64,000 nucleotides of DNA from positions 868,001-932,000 of the forward strand of contig CM039008.1 in NCBI GenBank assembly GCA_017499595.2, in the 5' to 3' direction. This stretch comes from Psilocybe cubensis. Taxonomy: Eukaryota. The translations under genes were made by a program, and so were the position numbers. The notes below the pieces were generated by a model. That model did not search any database. It was not told the origin of the DNA and was given only the letters and a program-made list of their open reading frames with translations. Below are positions 51,154 through 64,000 of this stretch, in pieces; the stretch's first letter is position 1; every line of letters starts with the position of its first letter.

Positions 51154-51982
51154 TTAAATAACAGTCATCCATTCTTGGAAACTATGGACGTATCTTGCCC
51201 ATTTACCGTCATCCCAAGTAACGATACGGGCCCAGATATCGTTCTTGCTGGTCGTCTTGATCGTGATAAACCATGCACAAAGCGCCAAGTCCGCAAACGA
51301 CACTTGGCCATCCGTCAAATACTCGCCTTCCCCAGATTTGTCGCAGGCAGTTTTGAGCATAGTGAGCGTCCCCTTCAATTTACTGAAGGCGGCTTCGCGT
51401 TCGGCACCTTGCTTCTCCAGTGATTTCCAGTGTTTCCCCGTGCGCGCTAAGATCCTTGCCTCAAAATCTGTTTTGTCGCCTGGTAGTTTAGCATTGTACA
51501 AAGCGGATATTCCCAATTCTTGAAGCGAAAGGAACAGAGCGGGCATAACAAAGTTGTTGAAAATCGACTGGAACGCCTTGGTGTGGGCGGGGAAGAGCTC
51601 TCTTCCGGGCGCAGAAGGATACGTATTTTCTAGATACTCGATTATTGGCAAGGAATCGGACAGGTAGATAGGGTGTGAAGGGTCCGTTCGATCGATGATT
51701 GCTGGTAGAGTGAAATGCGGCGTTCCATCTGGCTTAATTCCTGTCGGCGGTATGCCGAGAGGTTTGCATGTCGCTTCTATGGCTGTGGTTGAGCACCACT
51801 CTGTCCGATATTGGAGTTTTTTGTAGTTGAGCACTAGCCTAAAAGATTCGGTCAGTATTAACCGGATCTATTGATATCGTTGAGACTGAATGATTTCTCT
51901 CATACCTGACTTTCCAGGTATTGGGAGAGGTAGGCACAGATAAAGCGGTGCGTATATCATACAAAATTATATCTGTTGGCAT
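51154..51982 (-). CDS. Fungal glutathione S-transferase (GSTFuA/GTE-like class)
   Basis: IILYDI...SPNTWKVRLVLNYKKLQYRTEW, TLPAIID, SDSLPIIEYLENTYP, SFADLAL, WDDGKW; one intron. Confidence 0.88.
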
Positions 51983-54967
51983 GAGTGGCCACAAGGCAGT
52001 TCGCAAAATGGAAAGCCAAAACGAAAACCCACGGTTAAATACCAGAGCTTCTGGATTATCTAGCAATGTTTTGAATGCCATGGAGATCAGGAAGTATTCG
52101 TTATATCATCGATCGCTCCTTCAGGAATCCTTTCGCATCGGATGAGGCCAGATTTAGAAATGTAATTCACGGTAGCTTGACTTCTCTCTGCTCTAGGCCA
52201 TGGCCTTACTTAGTGCCGTTCATCCTATATAGAGAGGCATGAGAAACCTGGCATATATCAATACCCAGGACGTACATATGGCAGAGCCCATCCATTTGAG
52301 CATCCGATTATAAGAGTGAATAGCAAGAAGTCGACATTGATGTGAGTTGGATGGAGGTTGACGTTGGAAGAATATTTACTTCCTTCTTCTCTTCACTCCG
52401 CCTTCGTCAAATTCCACCATACATTTGTTGCTTTACACACTTGACTCCAATGGCAGCGAGATTCCTGAAACCTCGGGCATGGCTTCTTTCCCCGACGAGT
52501 CACGACACACTGATACAGTCTTCCGCCGCGGGCGTTTGGATTTACTCGCACAGAACTGTGCGAACCGGTAAACAGACGGAAATGTGACAGTTTCTCCTAT
52601 CTGTATAGCCTCCTCTGGCTCTCCGTTGAAATTTTTCCATCGTTCAGTAACACCGAATAGTTGATGAGAACGACACACTGTTGGTCGGTGTCCTTGAAAA
52701 GTACTTGTGGCCTGCCAGGACAGGGCGGTTGGCGGCACGAATGAATGCAAAAATAATGTTGTGTACGTAATATGTTCTCAGGCTTCGAGCCAACTTACTC
52801 CGATCTTACTCCGACACCTTTAATTTCCACTTTTTTCGATGAATTTTCTTCAGTAACCCTTCTTTGCTCGAAGGTATTATATCCCAAGTCCTACCTATGA
52901 CACAAGAATTATCAAGTTTTCACTGGCTACCACCTTTCAATGCTGCATCTTACGTCGTAGCCAACTTACTACTCACATTTGACTCACATTAAATCTTAGC
53001 ACCAGGATGCCTTGCCACACGCATCAATAGCGCAGTGTCGAGTTGAATTCATTCAATACTCTCAGGTCTCTCAGCCTTGTACCCCTTCAGGTTTGGCCTC
53101 TTCTCTGTCTGTTAATCAAAGCAGCGTGTGTCTCCGTTCTGGAGACATCAGGACTTGAGTCCCAGCCATGTCGAGTGGTGGAAATGCACAACGATCACCA
53201 TTCAGCGAAATTTGGTTTCAGATTCGTGACTTTGTGGCACCTTCAAACCGATTAAAACAACATGCTCTGACTCGCGAAGTCGACATTTATCTGCAACGAT
53301 GCACAATTATCACTGTGTAAGTTTCTCATGTCCGCGAAGTAACCCGGTGATTCATGCGTCATTTTTGATGTATTCTCGCTGGATCCGTGAAGACTGGCAA
53401 TAGAATTGAAAGGTATATTTCGCGACATTAATCCAAATGTTGCATCACAAGAATCAGTTCTGCTTTGTTCCCTTTACAAGCCATCATGATGGTCGAAAAA
53501 AGCGGACTCTCAACACGGTGAGTTATTCTTCCTAAATAAAAGCTCTCCTAACTAAACTGCGATCGCATTAGTATCAAAATGGTCGCAATTTATGAAAATA
53601 GCAAAAACAGTTGTTCTCCCAACAAACATCAGTTGCTCCGGTATTGATACATGGTCCATTCAACCCCGAATGGGGTAGAAGGTAGTTTGCCTGGCACTAC
53701 AGATGCGGAAGCTTATGTACTTGACAGCGTACTGACGTAGGCCGACTTTCTCAGCGGATAACTGCTGTGGCCAATGTCATTCAATGACATTTCCCTTGTA
53801 AATCCCTCATGACGACCTGAAATTCCTGAAACTTTGACTGCAGTAGTCAGAGAGGACAGCATGTAGCATGTCAGCTTTATTATTCAAAGTCTGCTCGCTC
53901 TCATAATGTCCTTCGACTCCATAGCAGAAATTTATGGCAATCAAAGAGTCCTCACGGCGATATAGTCGACATGCCTCTTTACGACGGCTGAAACTTGAAA
54001 TCGACCTTCACATCGCACAGCTTGTCATGCCACTCGGCTTATTGAGTGACGGTACTGCGGATTCAAGTCGGAAAATTGGGAGCACCTTGAAAATGATTAT
54101 TGATATTGACACAACGGCGCTCAACGGCCTTACTGGCCTTGCTTTAGCAGCCGGGGTGCATCTTTTAATATTGGGATTGTTGCTATATGTACTCCATTGA
54201 ATGCCACAACACTCTTCGTTTAACTTAGATGTGAATGATTGTTCACCATCCCTCCTATTTGAAAAAATGGACTCCGGCACGAATTATAATTGAAACGGTA
54301 ATTCAGCGGCGATCGCGTATAAGACGAAGTGAAAACTGTCGTATCCTGACGGATACGGCGCTGTCGAGAACTTCTTAAAGCGGCATTAATTTCCCAGCGA
54401 ACTATGATTAAACTGTACGGTTAGACGTCTGACTCCTGGAAGCCAGTATTCGTGATACTACTGATCAACGTTGTTACAGCAATGGAGGCGAGCAGCACTG
54501 GTTGGTTTGAATGTTCCTCTAACTCTCATCATGGAGTCAATAATTTAGGGAAAGACTTGGAACCAGCGCTTCCAAAAAGTATGCTTAGAGAGCGCAAGTT
54601 TCATCTTTAAAGAGATATGGCCACGCCTGTCGAGCGAGAGAAAAAAATGTCGGCCGTGGTTACCTCGAGTACCTTGTAGGCAAAGGTGAATAAAATTAGT
54701 GATCAATCATGGCCCTAGAGCAGCATGTTGTATATTTGACTCTCTTGATGTATTGATTAACACATCTTAATGCCAATCATGGACAGCGGGAATCGATTTA
54801 ATATGTCCTCATCATCACGAGGGTAGTTGCGCCCAAGGCACAAAATGCTATATCATCTGAGGAACCTTAGCTGAGCTTTGGCTTCATCTTTCCCTTTGCA
54901 TATTATTCGTTTACGCTCCCTCCTGTGTCCGTCGACGGGTGGTTGATTTTTTTTGGGCGGGATCAGT

Positions 54968-56213
54968 ATGTCGAGTAGTACGATTCGAGCGAATAAGGCC
55001 TGTTTCGAAGGCTTGGTGCTTCAGGCTTTGGCGTATGGTGAGATTATGCCCACTCAAGCCCTCAACTGGATGGTCCAGTCTAACTCATAGCCTCAAAATA
55101 GGGGCTCTGGTTATGCTTTATATCCAGATAACCCAAGTTCTAGTGCGCCGCCCGAAGCGAAACCGCATGTTTTGGCTCATCACGTTCTATTCGACGGCAC
55201 TGTTTCCACTAGCTACATTTGCATTTATCGGGAAATTGATCTTCATGGAGAAAATGTATGTCGGGAGCCCAGGCGAGATTATTGACAGTAAAGCATACTA
55301 TGGAGTTCATTGTGGTGAATGGGCTAATGTTATAAGTCAAGTTTGGTGAGTGTATCTCATGTCTGCCGTCACTACCAATCAGGGCTTATGATAGTATATA
55401 GTATAACCATGATCCCTTGGATTGGGGATCTACTCATGGTATGCAGTAAAAGTTGAAATAACTATATGCAACTCATTCGGCCACAGCTATACCGCCTGAT
55501 GGTGGTTTGGAACTACAAATGGGTTCTGCTTATTGTTCCAGGAGGGCTCTACATTACTCGCTTTGGTAGGTATTCCATAACCACTTCTACGACCCCTATT
55601 TAACGATAAATACTCAATATAGGCATGGCTTTCCCGCATCTTCTTACGATGATTAGAACAAACCCCGATAAGGATTTATACGGCTTCATATTTTATGGTC
55701 TTTGTGTCGGCCTGAACACGATGGTGACCATAATGATTTGTGTACGCCTTTTCATGATGCGTCATAAAGCAGAGATGGTCCTGGGAAACCTTCAAGCCTC
55801 ACTGTATAACTCATGCATTTCCATATTTGTCGAAAGCGGGGCGTTCTTCTCGTTGTGGAGTCTTGTCTACCTTTCGTTGAGAGCGAAAAACAGCTGGGCG
55901 CAAGATATATTCTTCCAACCATATTCATTTATCTTGGTAAGTGCACAGATATCCAATTTTGAGCGCAGAGTAACATTGACTTTTATCCCCGTAGGCTCTA
56001 ACAAGGATGCTCATTATTCTGCGAATGGCTCAAGATCGTGCATGGACGAGGGAGATCATCACAGCCGCAGACAACGGGATCCTGGACTGGGAGGTCTCCT
56101 CAGTGAACAGCTTGCCGACAAATGTCTCTAAGCCCACTGATGAGATGACTCAGAAGCTCCCTAATAAATTTAGGGAAGACTCGCTGAGCTCGCGCAGCAC
56201 GATCAGTCCATAG
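54968..56213 (+). CDS. Agaricomycete multi-pass (7TM-like) membrane protein
   Basis: LQALAYG, WIGDLLMLYRLMVVW, LNTMVTIMICVRL, FVESGAFFS, MLIILRMAQDRAWT; 5 introns. Confidence 0.85.
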
Positions 56214-56796
56214 ATGCTAAAACCGATGTGCATTTTTCAACCTCCACACATGATCTCTAACCCCCACATTTATTACTGTACATATCGTATCAATAGCACC
56301 ACCCATCATTCGCTGACCCTACCACACTGCACAAAATTGCATCCCTGTAATAAATATAACTACGCGTTGTTCGAAATAAATACGTCTATCTTAACGAGTC
56401 GCGAGAAGTTCCTTACGTAGATGTAACAAGTGCAGCAGTGCAATACGTAGATCATAAACGTTCCTGCTGCGGGCTCTTCTCCATCACTCGCGCCAGGAAC
56501 GACTTCGACTGATCTACTTCTTTTGCTTTTAAACTCATCAGAGAACCATTTCCTCATTAGGCAGCCATTTGCCTATTTTTGGAATCAATCATTTCGGAGA
56601 CTCAAAGATTGCGGACGAATGGACAGTGTGCTGGAGGGGTATGGACCCACAGGAACACATACAGATTAATTAGCGCACGGAGAGTTAAATGCAAATTGAA
56701 ATGAATTGAAATCCAACAATATGTGAAAAAGAACGGAATATTAAAGAATTAAACCGAAAAATCTGGGGAAATCTCCACTGACTAACAATTACTAGC

Positions 56797-58492
56797 TTAG
56801 TCCCAATCTTCATCGTCGTCATCGTCATCGTCGCTATCACCAAGGCGCTTGTTGCGTTCCAACAGTGCAGCCGCGAGAGCGGACGTAAGGTCTCCTCCAC
56901 CTGCAGCAACAGCAGCACCTCCCGCAGCAGCACCAACAGCAGCACCGGCAGCCAACGTGCTAGACGAACCGGATTCTTGCGCTGGGGAAGCTGTACGACC
57001 GGGCCCCGAGTTGGGGGTTGTTTTGCGTAACATTCCAATACCTGCGCCTTGTATAGAAGCCAGAAGGTCGGCGCGGCCTGGTTGCGGTGTAGGGAGACTT
57101 GCTTTCAATGACGGAGCGGAACCGTCTGAACCATCTCCCATTGGTGGTGGTGGAGGCGGTGGAGGAGGAGGTGGTCCAGTCCCATAATCTGCAGGAGGTG
57201 GTGGGGGCGGAGGAGGTGGCGGAGGAGGAGGTGCAAATCCTTGTTCTGGACGAGCTGGAGGAGGTGGAGGCGGCGGAGGAGGTGGAGGTGCAGCAACAGC
57301 GTGATCTTGAGTGGAAACTGCTGCCACAGGTCTGGCAGGAGGAGGCGGGGGTCTTGAGGGCTCTTGCTGTGTCCTTGGCGGAGGTGGAGGCGGGCCACCT
57401 CTAGTTTGAGGCGGAGGTGGCCGCGCAGGAGGAGGAGGCGGGCCCGCTTTGGGAGCTTCAGGCCGGCGAACAGGTGGTGGTGGTGGAGCATGCGAAGGGC
57501 TGGACTCTTCAGGATTGGGGTCTCTCACGGGTGTTCGTGGAGGCTGGGGGCGGCTGGGAGGTGTTGGGCGAGATGGAGGAGGAGGAGGACCATTTTGGGA
57601 CCGAGGAGGCGGAGGTGGAGGTGGGGCATGTGAACCAGCGGGCGTATGGGATGCAACGCTTCCGTTTAATGCATGCCCTCTTGATGGAGGAGGCGGTGGT
57701 TTCGGCTTTTTCGGTTCTTTAGCCACTGGTTGTGCAGCTTGCTTTTCCGAGTAATCGCGCACAAAGCTCTTGATGTATTCCATTTCACGCGCAACGACGT
57801 CAGAGCCTACTTGACCCTCTAAATTTCCCAGAAGAGCTGTCCACGATGGATCTACGCCTTGCGAGGTAAATCCTTTGTCTGCGTCATAACCCATGTGTGC
57901 GACGTGAATAAAAGAACCGGACTTGGGTCCAGAGATCATTGACTTGTCGATCTTTCCACCCTTGGAGATTTTTGACTTCTCTGACTTTGGTTTGGCTTGG
58001 AATTCCGTGAGATTTTGCAGATCTTCTGAGGGCATAGGATTGTACTCACAAGCTTTGGCACCTTTCTTGTTTTTCACCTTTTTGTGGAACAATTTGGCCT
58101 CTGATTCGTCCGCGAATACGAAACCGATCATGCATTTCTAAAGATAATGAGATAATAATAAGCTTCAAGTCGACAAATATACATACATCGCCTGCGAATG
58201 AAAGGAAGAAAGCTCTGTCTTGGTTGAGCTCGAACCCACTGTACAACTCATGGTCCCAAATCACTCCGCGTGTTCCATCGAGATCGACCATCTTGAAGTG
58301 TGGCGTATCATCGGTAGTATCGATACAGTACACCAAAGCACCCTGCAGGCCAGCATACGACCATTTACTGGGCTGCGGATAGGCATAGTAGATTCGGGCT
58401 AAGGCGGCGCAAAGAATCTTGTGGGAAGACTGTGGTACTGTGCTCTTGACTTTTGCTTTCTCATCAGCATTGAGAGTGGACTGAGAAGGCAT
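56797..58492 (-). CDS. WSP1: WASP-family Arp2/3 activator (WH1, basic, CRIB/GBD, poly-Pro, WH2, acidic)
   Basis: ALARIYYAYP..WSYAGLQGAL (WH1), ISGPKSGSFIHVAHMG (CRIB), GRADLLASIQGAGIGMLRKT (WH2), DDDDDEDWD end; 2 introns. Confidence 0.95.
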
Positions 58493-59610
58493 TTAAAGAT
58501 GCTCAGATATCTAGAGCACTGCGAGATGGTGATAGTTGAAGAGAAAAGGTCATGGGCGGTGGCACATACACTAGTGGCTCTGACCTTCGCAGCCGCTGCG
58601 GCGATGGAATGATGGCAGTGCCGCTCGACGTCACATGTCACTATCAGTCACAAAATTACCACGCGCAGGTGCGCTTGCGGCTTAGACTCGTAGACGCTCC
58701 CTTGGCGCCGAGAACAGCGCTTGTAGGCCCCATATATAACCGTTTCTGTGACCCACATTAGCGCTTAGTTCGTCTTAAAACAGGATAATTCGGCAAAAAT
58801 ATACCAAAGTAAAATGCATCCACAGAGAAGCTTATCCAACAATGCAAATTATATTTTACCGATGATGTCGATGGGGGGTCGAGAATGTCTACTGAACACG
58901 ACTCTCAGATAAATTTGTTCAAGTGCTAATATATGAAGGCATGGGGAGGGGGAGGAGTCACGATCCACATCCACGAGTATAAACAGAGGATTAGGCTATT
59001 AGTAGCCCAGATAGCACATGGCATAAATGTATACCAGCAGTTATGTCATACATACTAGTCCAGCGGGACATTTAAATAAACCATGAGTAGATTGCATTAC
59101 ACCGAAAGGCATTCATTCCAAAAGACAGCTTAATGTGAATCGACAATGGCAATGAGGTAAGCCCAGACTGAAGAGAGATCTGCTGAAGAGAGATTGCCTT
59201 GTACTTCAGGGTCGGCGGAGGACGTGCATTATGTCAGTGGCAGTGCGTGCACTTCATGATGGCTTTCCGCAAGGACATAACCTCCCTTTGGTCTATAATG
59301 ATGTTGGGTAGAACAGAACTTGGAACATACCCTGGCCCCGTCTGACTTCTGTTATCAAGTAAAGTTACGAGGCGATTTAACGTCACCATTTTTCCACATA
59401 GTCCTCTGTGATTCTCATAGTTGGTAAGTTCTCGTCGAGAACCCAGATAACGGAATGAAGGATGTAAACCGTGGCTGCAGTCAATATGAACAGCGCACGA
59501 GAAAGCAAGAGAATAATACCGATGCTCAATGTTCTAGGATTTACAATTGACACCGATGCCGAAGATAGGATTTACACCGGGATACATAAAGGATGTGTGA
59601 AACCCTAGCC

Positions 59611-61898
59611 TTAGAAAGCGGCTTGCGCAGCTGCACGCTCAGCAATAGATCCACGAGGTTCCCAGGCTTTAATGTGTTCGTGTGAGGATTTCACAGTGCC
59701 CTCGGGGGCACCCCATGCACCACCTCCCGGGGTTTCAATCACCAATTGATCGCCTTTGCCCATCCATACAGTAGCCTTTCCACCAATGTTAATGTTTCGT
59801 GTGCGTAAATCAGATTTTTCGTCCAAGTCGCCATCTTCTTGACGACACTTCTTGATCCAGGTATTTCGCCCTAATGCGCCGGGACCGCCGCCTTCCAGAC
59901 CATATGGCTGTCGTGTGCGTCGCTTGATAGAGGTGTGGAAGCGTCAGATAAAGGTTGGGGAATAAATATACAAATACGCACTTCAGATAGTATAGATACT
60001 TGCATTGGCTCCAGGAATTCAATAGAACGGATTACACCTTCCCCACCATGCCATTTACCGACCCCTCCAGAGCCAGAGCGAAGTCCAAACTCATGGAGCA
60101 TGACGGGATATCTTCTCTCCAGAATTTCTACGTCACCAATGCGAGTGTTCGTGATATGAGTGTGGACACCATCTGTGCCATGCCAGCCAGGTCCTGCTCC
60201 AGATCCACCTGCGATTGTCTAAGTAGCGCGAAGCAATAGGTCATGAGACGTGCTGGTTGGAAGTGTTAAGATAGCACACTACCTCATAGTAGCCCCAACC
60301 CGCTATACTGTTTCCGTCTTTGTCCTTGCCGCCGGCTCCGAAAGTGAGGTTGCTATTGGTTTCATCAGGCAAAAGGCGCTGGAGGAAATATTACTTAAGG
60401 GCGCTTACTTCGTACACCCCTGACTGGCAGCCGCAGCATGGAAGGCTTTGAGAACGACATCAACAATACGTTGAGAAGTCAGCACATTCCCTCCACAAAC
60501 CGCAGCTGTGCGAGAAGGTGCCAAGAGAGATTTCTGGGGAATTTTAACTGAAATAGAACATCGCTTGTTCAGCGTAAATTCGGCTACGGTACACAATGCG
60601 AAACTCACTTTCAAGTGGGACGAGACACCCTGCATTTAGTGGAATATCAAGATCAAGCATAGCTCGCATGCAATAAATTACTGCTGAATGGACTACAGAG
60701 ATTGGCGAGTTGAGATTTCCACGGACTTCACATCCAGTTCCTTCAAAGTCCAGCACTGCAGAACCATTGGATTCATCAATTTCTACTTTTAATTGAATCT
60801 GGAAATTTTAAGATTAAAAGAAGTCAGAAAATACCCCCCAAAAGTAAAATGCCTATAGAACACGCACTGGTGATCCATCATCAAGATAGTCAACCGCGGA
60901 TAGCATATTTGTACCAGCGCGCTTTGCAACATCCTTTAATAGATTTCGGACAGACATTTCTGCGTTATTGCGGATATGGTACATATATTCTTGCACGGTC
61001 TCGAGTCCATAGTCGTCGACAACTGAGGACCACATTGTCATTAATAAAACCATAAACAGTGCCTATTAAAACTCACTAGCATGAATCAATTGAATTCCTT
61101 TGTGGTTCGCTGCTATTTGCTAAGATTTAATGATATTAGTATTAATGAAGGATTAACATCTAGTTATGATCCTTACCGCTTTCAAATCACTCTCTACATC
61201 GCGGATGTTGCGGCAGCCCGAGCTTCCAGGATACTGGCTAGGCTTTGTGACCATATAGTCGATCAGACCATCTCTATCAAAAATGCCTCCATTGACTATC
61301 TTGAAGCTGACGATTTCAGCTCCTTCTTCAAAGATGTTGACAGACGTGGGTGGCATTGACCCAGGTAGAATGCCGCCTATATCTGCATGATGGCCGCGTG
61401 ATGCAGTAAAGAATATAATCTCCTTTGATTTAGAGTCAAAAACTGGCGTGATGATAGTTATATCTGGCAAATGGCTAAAAGGAAGCGTCATGGATTCAAG
61501 GGGCCTTGAAACGGACAGAATATCACATACGATCCACCGGCATGAGGAGAATTTGTCATAAGAACATCGCCTTCTTTGAGTGAGCCTCCGTAGAGGTTCA
61601 TCTGATACTTTACAGCACTGATCAAAATCTTTGATCAGAAAAGACAGGGGCTACGGTGGCATTGTACTTACAAGCTCATGGAGCCAAGGTGGATGGGAAT
61701 AAAGGGTGCATTTGCGACCAGATCGCCGTCTGGAGCGAAAAGAGCACAGGAAAAGTCGAGACGTTCCTTGATATTGGTGCTGATCGATGTTTGTTGCAAC
61801 GACCGACCCATAGCTTCTGCTACGCTCATGAATCGATTAGCGAATAGAGTGAGCAAGATGGGGTCTGGCCCATTGCTAGGAGTCTTCCTTCCCGACAT
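59611..61898 (-). CDS. OXP1: 5-oxoprolinase C-terminal half (hydantoinase B/oxoprolinase domain only)
   Basis: [112 protein letters not shown]; no hydantoinase A part. Confidence 0.9.
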
Positions 61899-62276
61899 TG
61901 TGATGATAGCGTTGAATGAGACGAGATTGGAGCATGGAGCGTTGGTCTTATAAATCTGCACTCAGATTTCCGTACTCGTTCCGGATCATCCGTGGCCATT
62001 ATTCAAGGCCTGCCTTCGAAAACCGAAACACATCGCTCAGAAAATGACTACGAAGGTCTAAAATGTCCAGCAATATGGATATTGGATGGCAACAATGATT
62101 GAAACTGGATGGTTGGTGGAGAAGGAAGAGAAGCGTCGGTGACTGAGAGGCGGGTCAACGGGCCGGCTAAGGCCGTACTCCTGACGGTGTTTATGTTTTG
62201 TGTGTTTCTTGCTCTCAACTACCACATACGCTTTGCAATCTATACGCTCGTTTGGACCGAATAATATCTTATCCGA

Positions 62277-63952
62277 ATGGCCTCCACTCTTTCGGAATAC
62301 CTTGACTCTCAGGACGAATTGGTCAAAGAGGCTGCGCTTGCTCTCCCACATCAGTTTTCTCAATGTACCTACTCCTTGGGGCCCCTCAGGTATGGATATT
62401 TGGCATGGAAGTATGTCTTGTCCGGACCGACTCGCTAACGTATATGTCAAGACAAGCGGTGTATCTTTGTACAACGTGTCCAGAGGCTCGCGGACTATGC
62501 GCTGCTTGTTCAGTAGCCTGCCATACTGATCATGAGCAAGTCGAACTGTATGTTCCGGAATTCCACTTTTCTCACCTATCAATAACTGACGCCGACAATA
62601 CGCCGCCGACCACTCAGCTTTCCGAAAAGAAATTTTCGTTGCGACTGTCCGACAGTGGTGATCAGTCATAACTGTACCCTGCATCCCAAACTAGAGGAAG
62701 AAAATGTTCAAAACCAATATGGTCAGAATTTCAGAGGTATTTTTTGCAGGTGCGGGCGGCCTTACGATCCCAAGACGGAGTTAGAGACCATGATTCAATG
62801 TCTTGCTTGCGAAGTACGTTGGTTCCTGGTTTTCAGCATCAAGACCGAGTACCAACCTTCTTTTTAATGAAAAGGATTGGTTTCACGAGTCATGTTGCAA
62901 CCTTCGTGAAAGACCAAGTTCGAGAGCTAACACCCCGGAAGTGCAACCAGACCAAAAAATCCCTGAGAAGCCATTGATAGATCAATCAATTGAAGACCAG
63001 CAATCCGGTAACGAAATAGGTGGAGACGCGGCATCAGAAACTTCGTCTTCGGGTCTTCCTCCACCTCTCATCACCGGTGACGAGTATGAGAGTTTTGTTT
63101 GTGGTTCTTGCACCTCTCGGAATCCTACCTTAAAACGTTGGGCGGGAACTTGCGGCGCTATGATGGTTGTTCGTGACACGCCTTCGGACCCATGGCGCCG
63201 CCTGAATGGTCCGTCCAAGGTAGGAGCAGAGCTTATTCAAATAGATGACCCCCAATCTGCAACTTTTGTTCTCGGGACTAAACGCCCTTTGTCTCCTTCG
63301 GCTGGGGAAGGACCGGAAACGAAACGCGTGAAAAACATCTCTGATGAGACAATTTCCACAACTCCATCGTGTCTTGCACCAGACCCTGTACCTTTGGCGC
63401 AAAAGATATTCGCAGAAATGGAATCGAGGGAGTCAGCTCCCTCTTTAGGCGCTGGTGATGTGTTTTTCACACTTGGATTTAAGGAAAGATGGTGCCAATG
63501 CGACTTGGTTAGAACGTTCTTGGCGTGATGCAATGAAGTCAACTAACCTTTTCTAGTGTTTTCCACCTTTAAAAATGGAACCCTATCTTCTACACGACGA
63601 AGAGACATACGAACCACCAGAGGATCCCGATTCAGGTTTCCCTATATTTCCCATACTTGATTTTCTATACTAATATAGTGGAAAAAGGACTATCTCTCGA
63701 AGAGTTGGGTATGCGCGCACTGTCGCGATTACCACGCGACAAGGCCATAGATGGAATACATGCTTTCAATGAAATGAGGTATGTCATATTTTCTCAAGCT
63801 CTTCGGTCAGAAGAAGGGAACCTCATGTACTTAGGAACGATCTGGTGAAATTCCTGCGCCCGTTTGCACAAGACGGAAAAGTGGTGAACGAAACCGATGT
63901 CCGGGACTTTTTTGCTTCTTTGAAAGAGGCTGCAAAGAAAGGCCGCGAATGA
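62277..63952 (+). CDS. UBR7: UBR7/Mlo2-type E3 ligase (UBR zinc finger plus PHD)
   Basis: CTYSLGPLRQAVYLC, CAACSVACHTDHEQVELFPKRNFRCDC, YGQNFRGIFCRCGRPYDP, MIQCLACEDWFHESC, YEPPED. Confidence 0.92.
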
Positions 63953-64000
63953 TACATCTCTTATCTTTCTCCAAGTTATCTCATCTACGTTCACACACAG

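Noticed and set aside
52100..54900. Long intergenic region with short ORFs
   Set aside because: No consistent exon chain, repeats or terminal structures found
56849..57754. Glu/Gly/Arg-rich plus-strand ORFs
   Set aside because: Antisense shadows of the WASP poly-proline region
58800..59500. Possible C/D snoRNAs or U6-like RNA (ATGATG...CTGA pairs, ACAGAGAAG)
   Set aside because: Box C copies are non-canonical, I recognised no rRNA-complementary guide, and the rest of U6 is missing

Overview
This is eukaryotic, intron-rich fungal DNA (GT-AG introns of ~50-90 nt, many micro-exons). The gene families point to an agaricomycete basidiomycete (mushroom-forming fungus); the species cannot be determined here. 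About 27 protein-coding genes were reconstructed by eye. In order: a tandem triplet of paralogous 7TM-like membrane proteins, a Pro/Ser-rich membrane protein, mitoribosomal uS4m (NAM9), an SPT small subunit, a ferric reductase, tRNA-Cys(GCA), UBA2 head-to-head with RAD17, an F-box-like protein, a Whi5/Nrm1-motif protein, BNA1, an SYG-repeat prion-like protein, oxalate decarboxylase, a LanC-like protein, an intronless MDR enoyl-reductase-like gene, small hydrophilic proteins, a divergent calmodulin-like gene, GH92, GH12, a fungal GST, a fourth 7TM-like gene, a CRIB-containing WASP, a stand-alone C-terminal half of 5-oxoprolinase, and UBR7/Mlo2. The clearest unannotated structure is a 657-bp non-autonomous Mutator-like element (183-bp TIRs, 9-bp TSD) ~200 bp upstream of the calmodulin-like gene. 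Other leads are the split oxoprolinase, a possible horizontally acquired intronless reductase next to the LanC-like gene, and a probable transposon terminus near position 2180. No complete novel multi-gene system could be demonstrated. Gene boundaries were inferred manually and no database searches were run.
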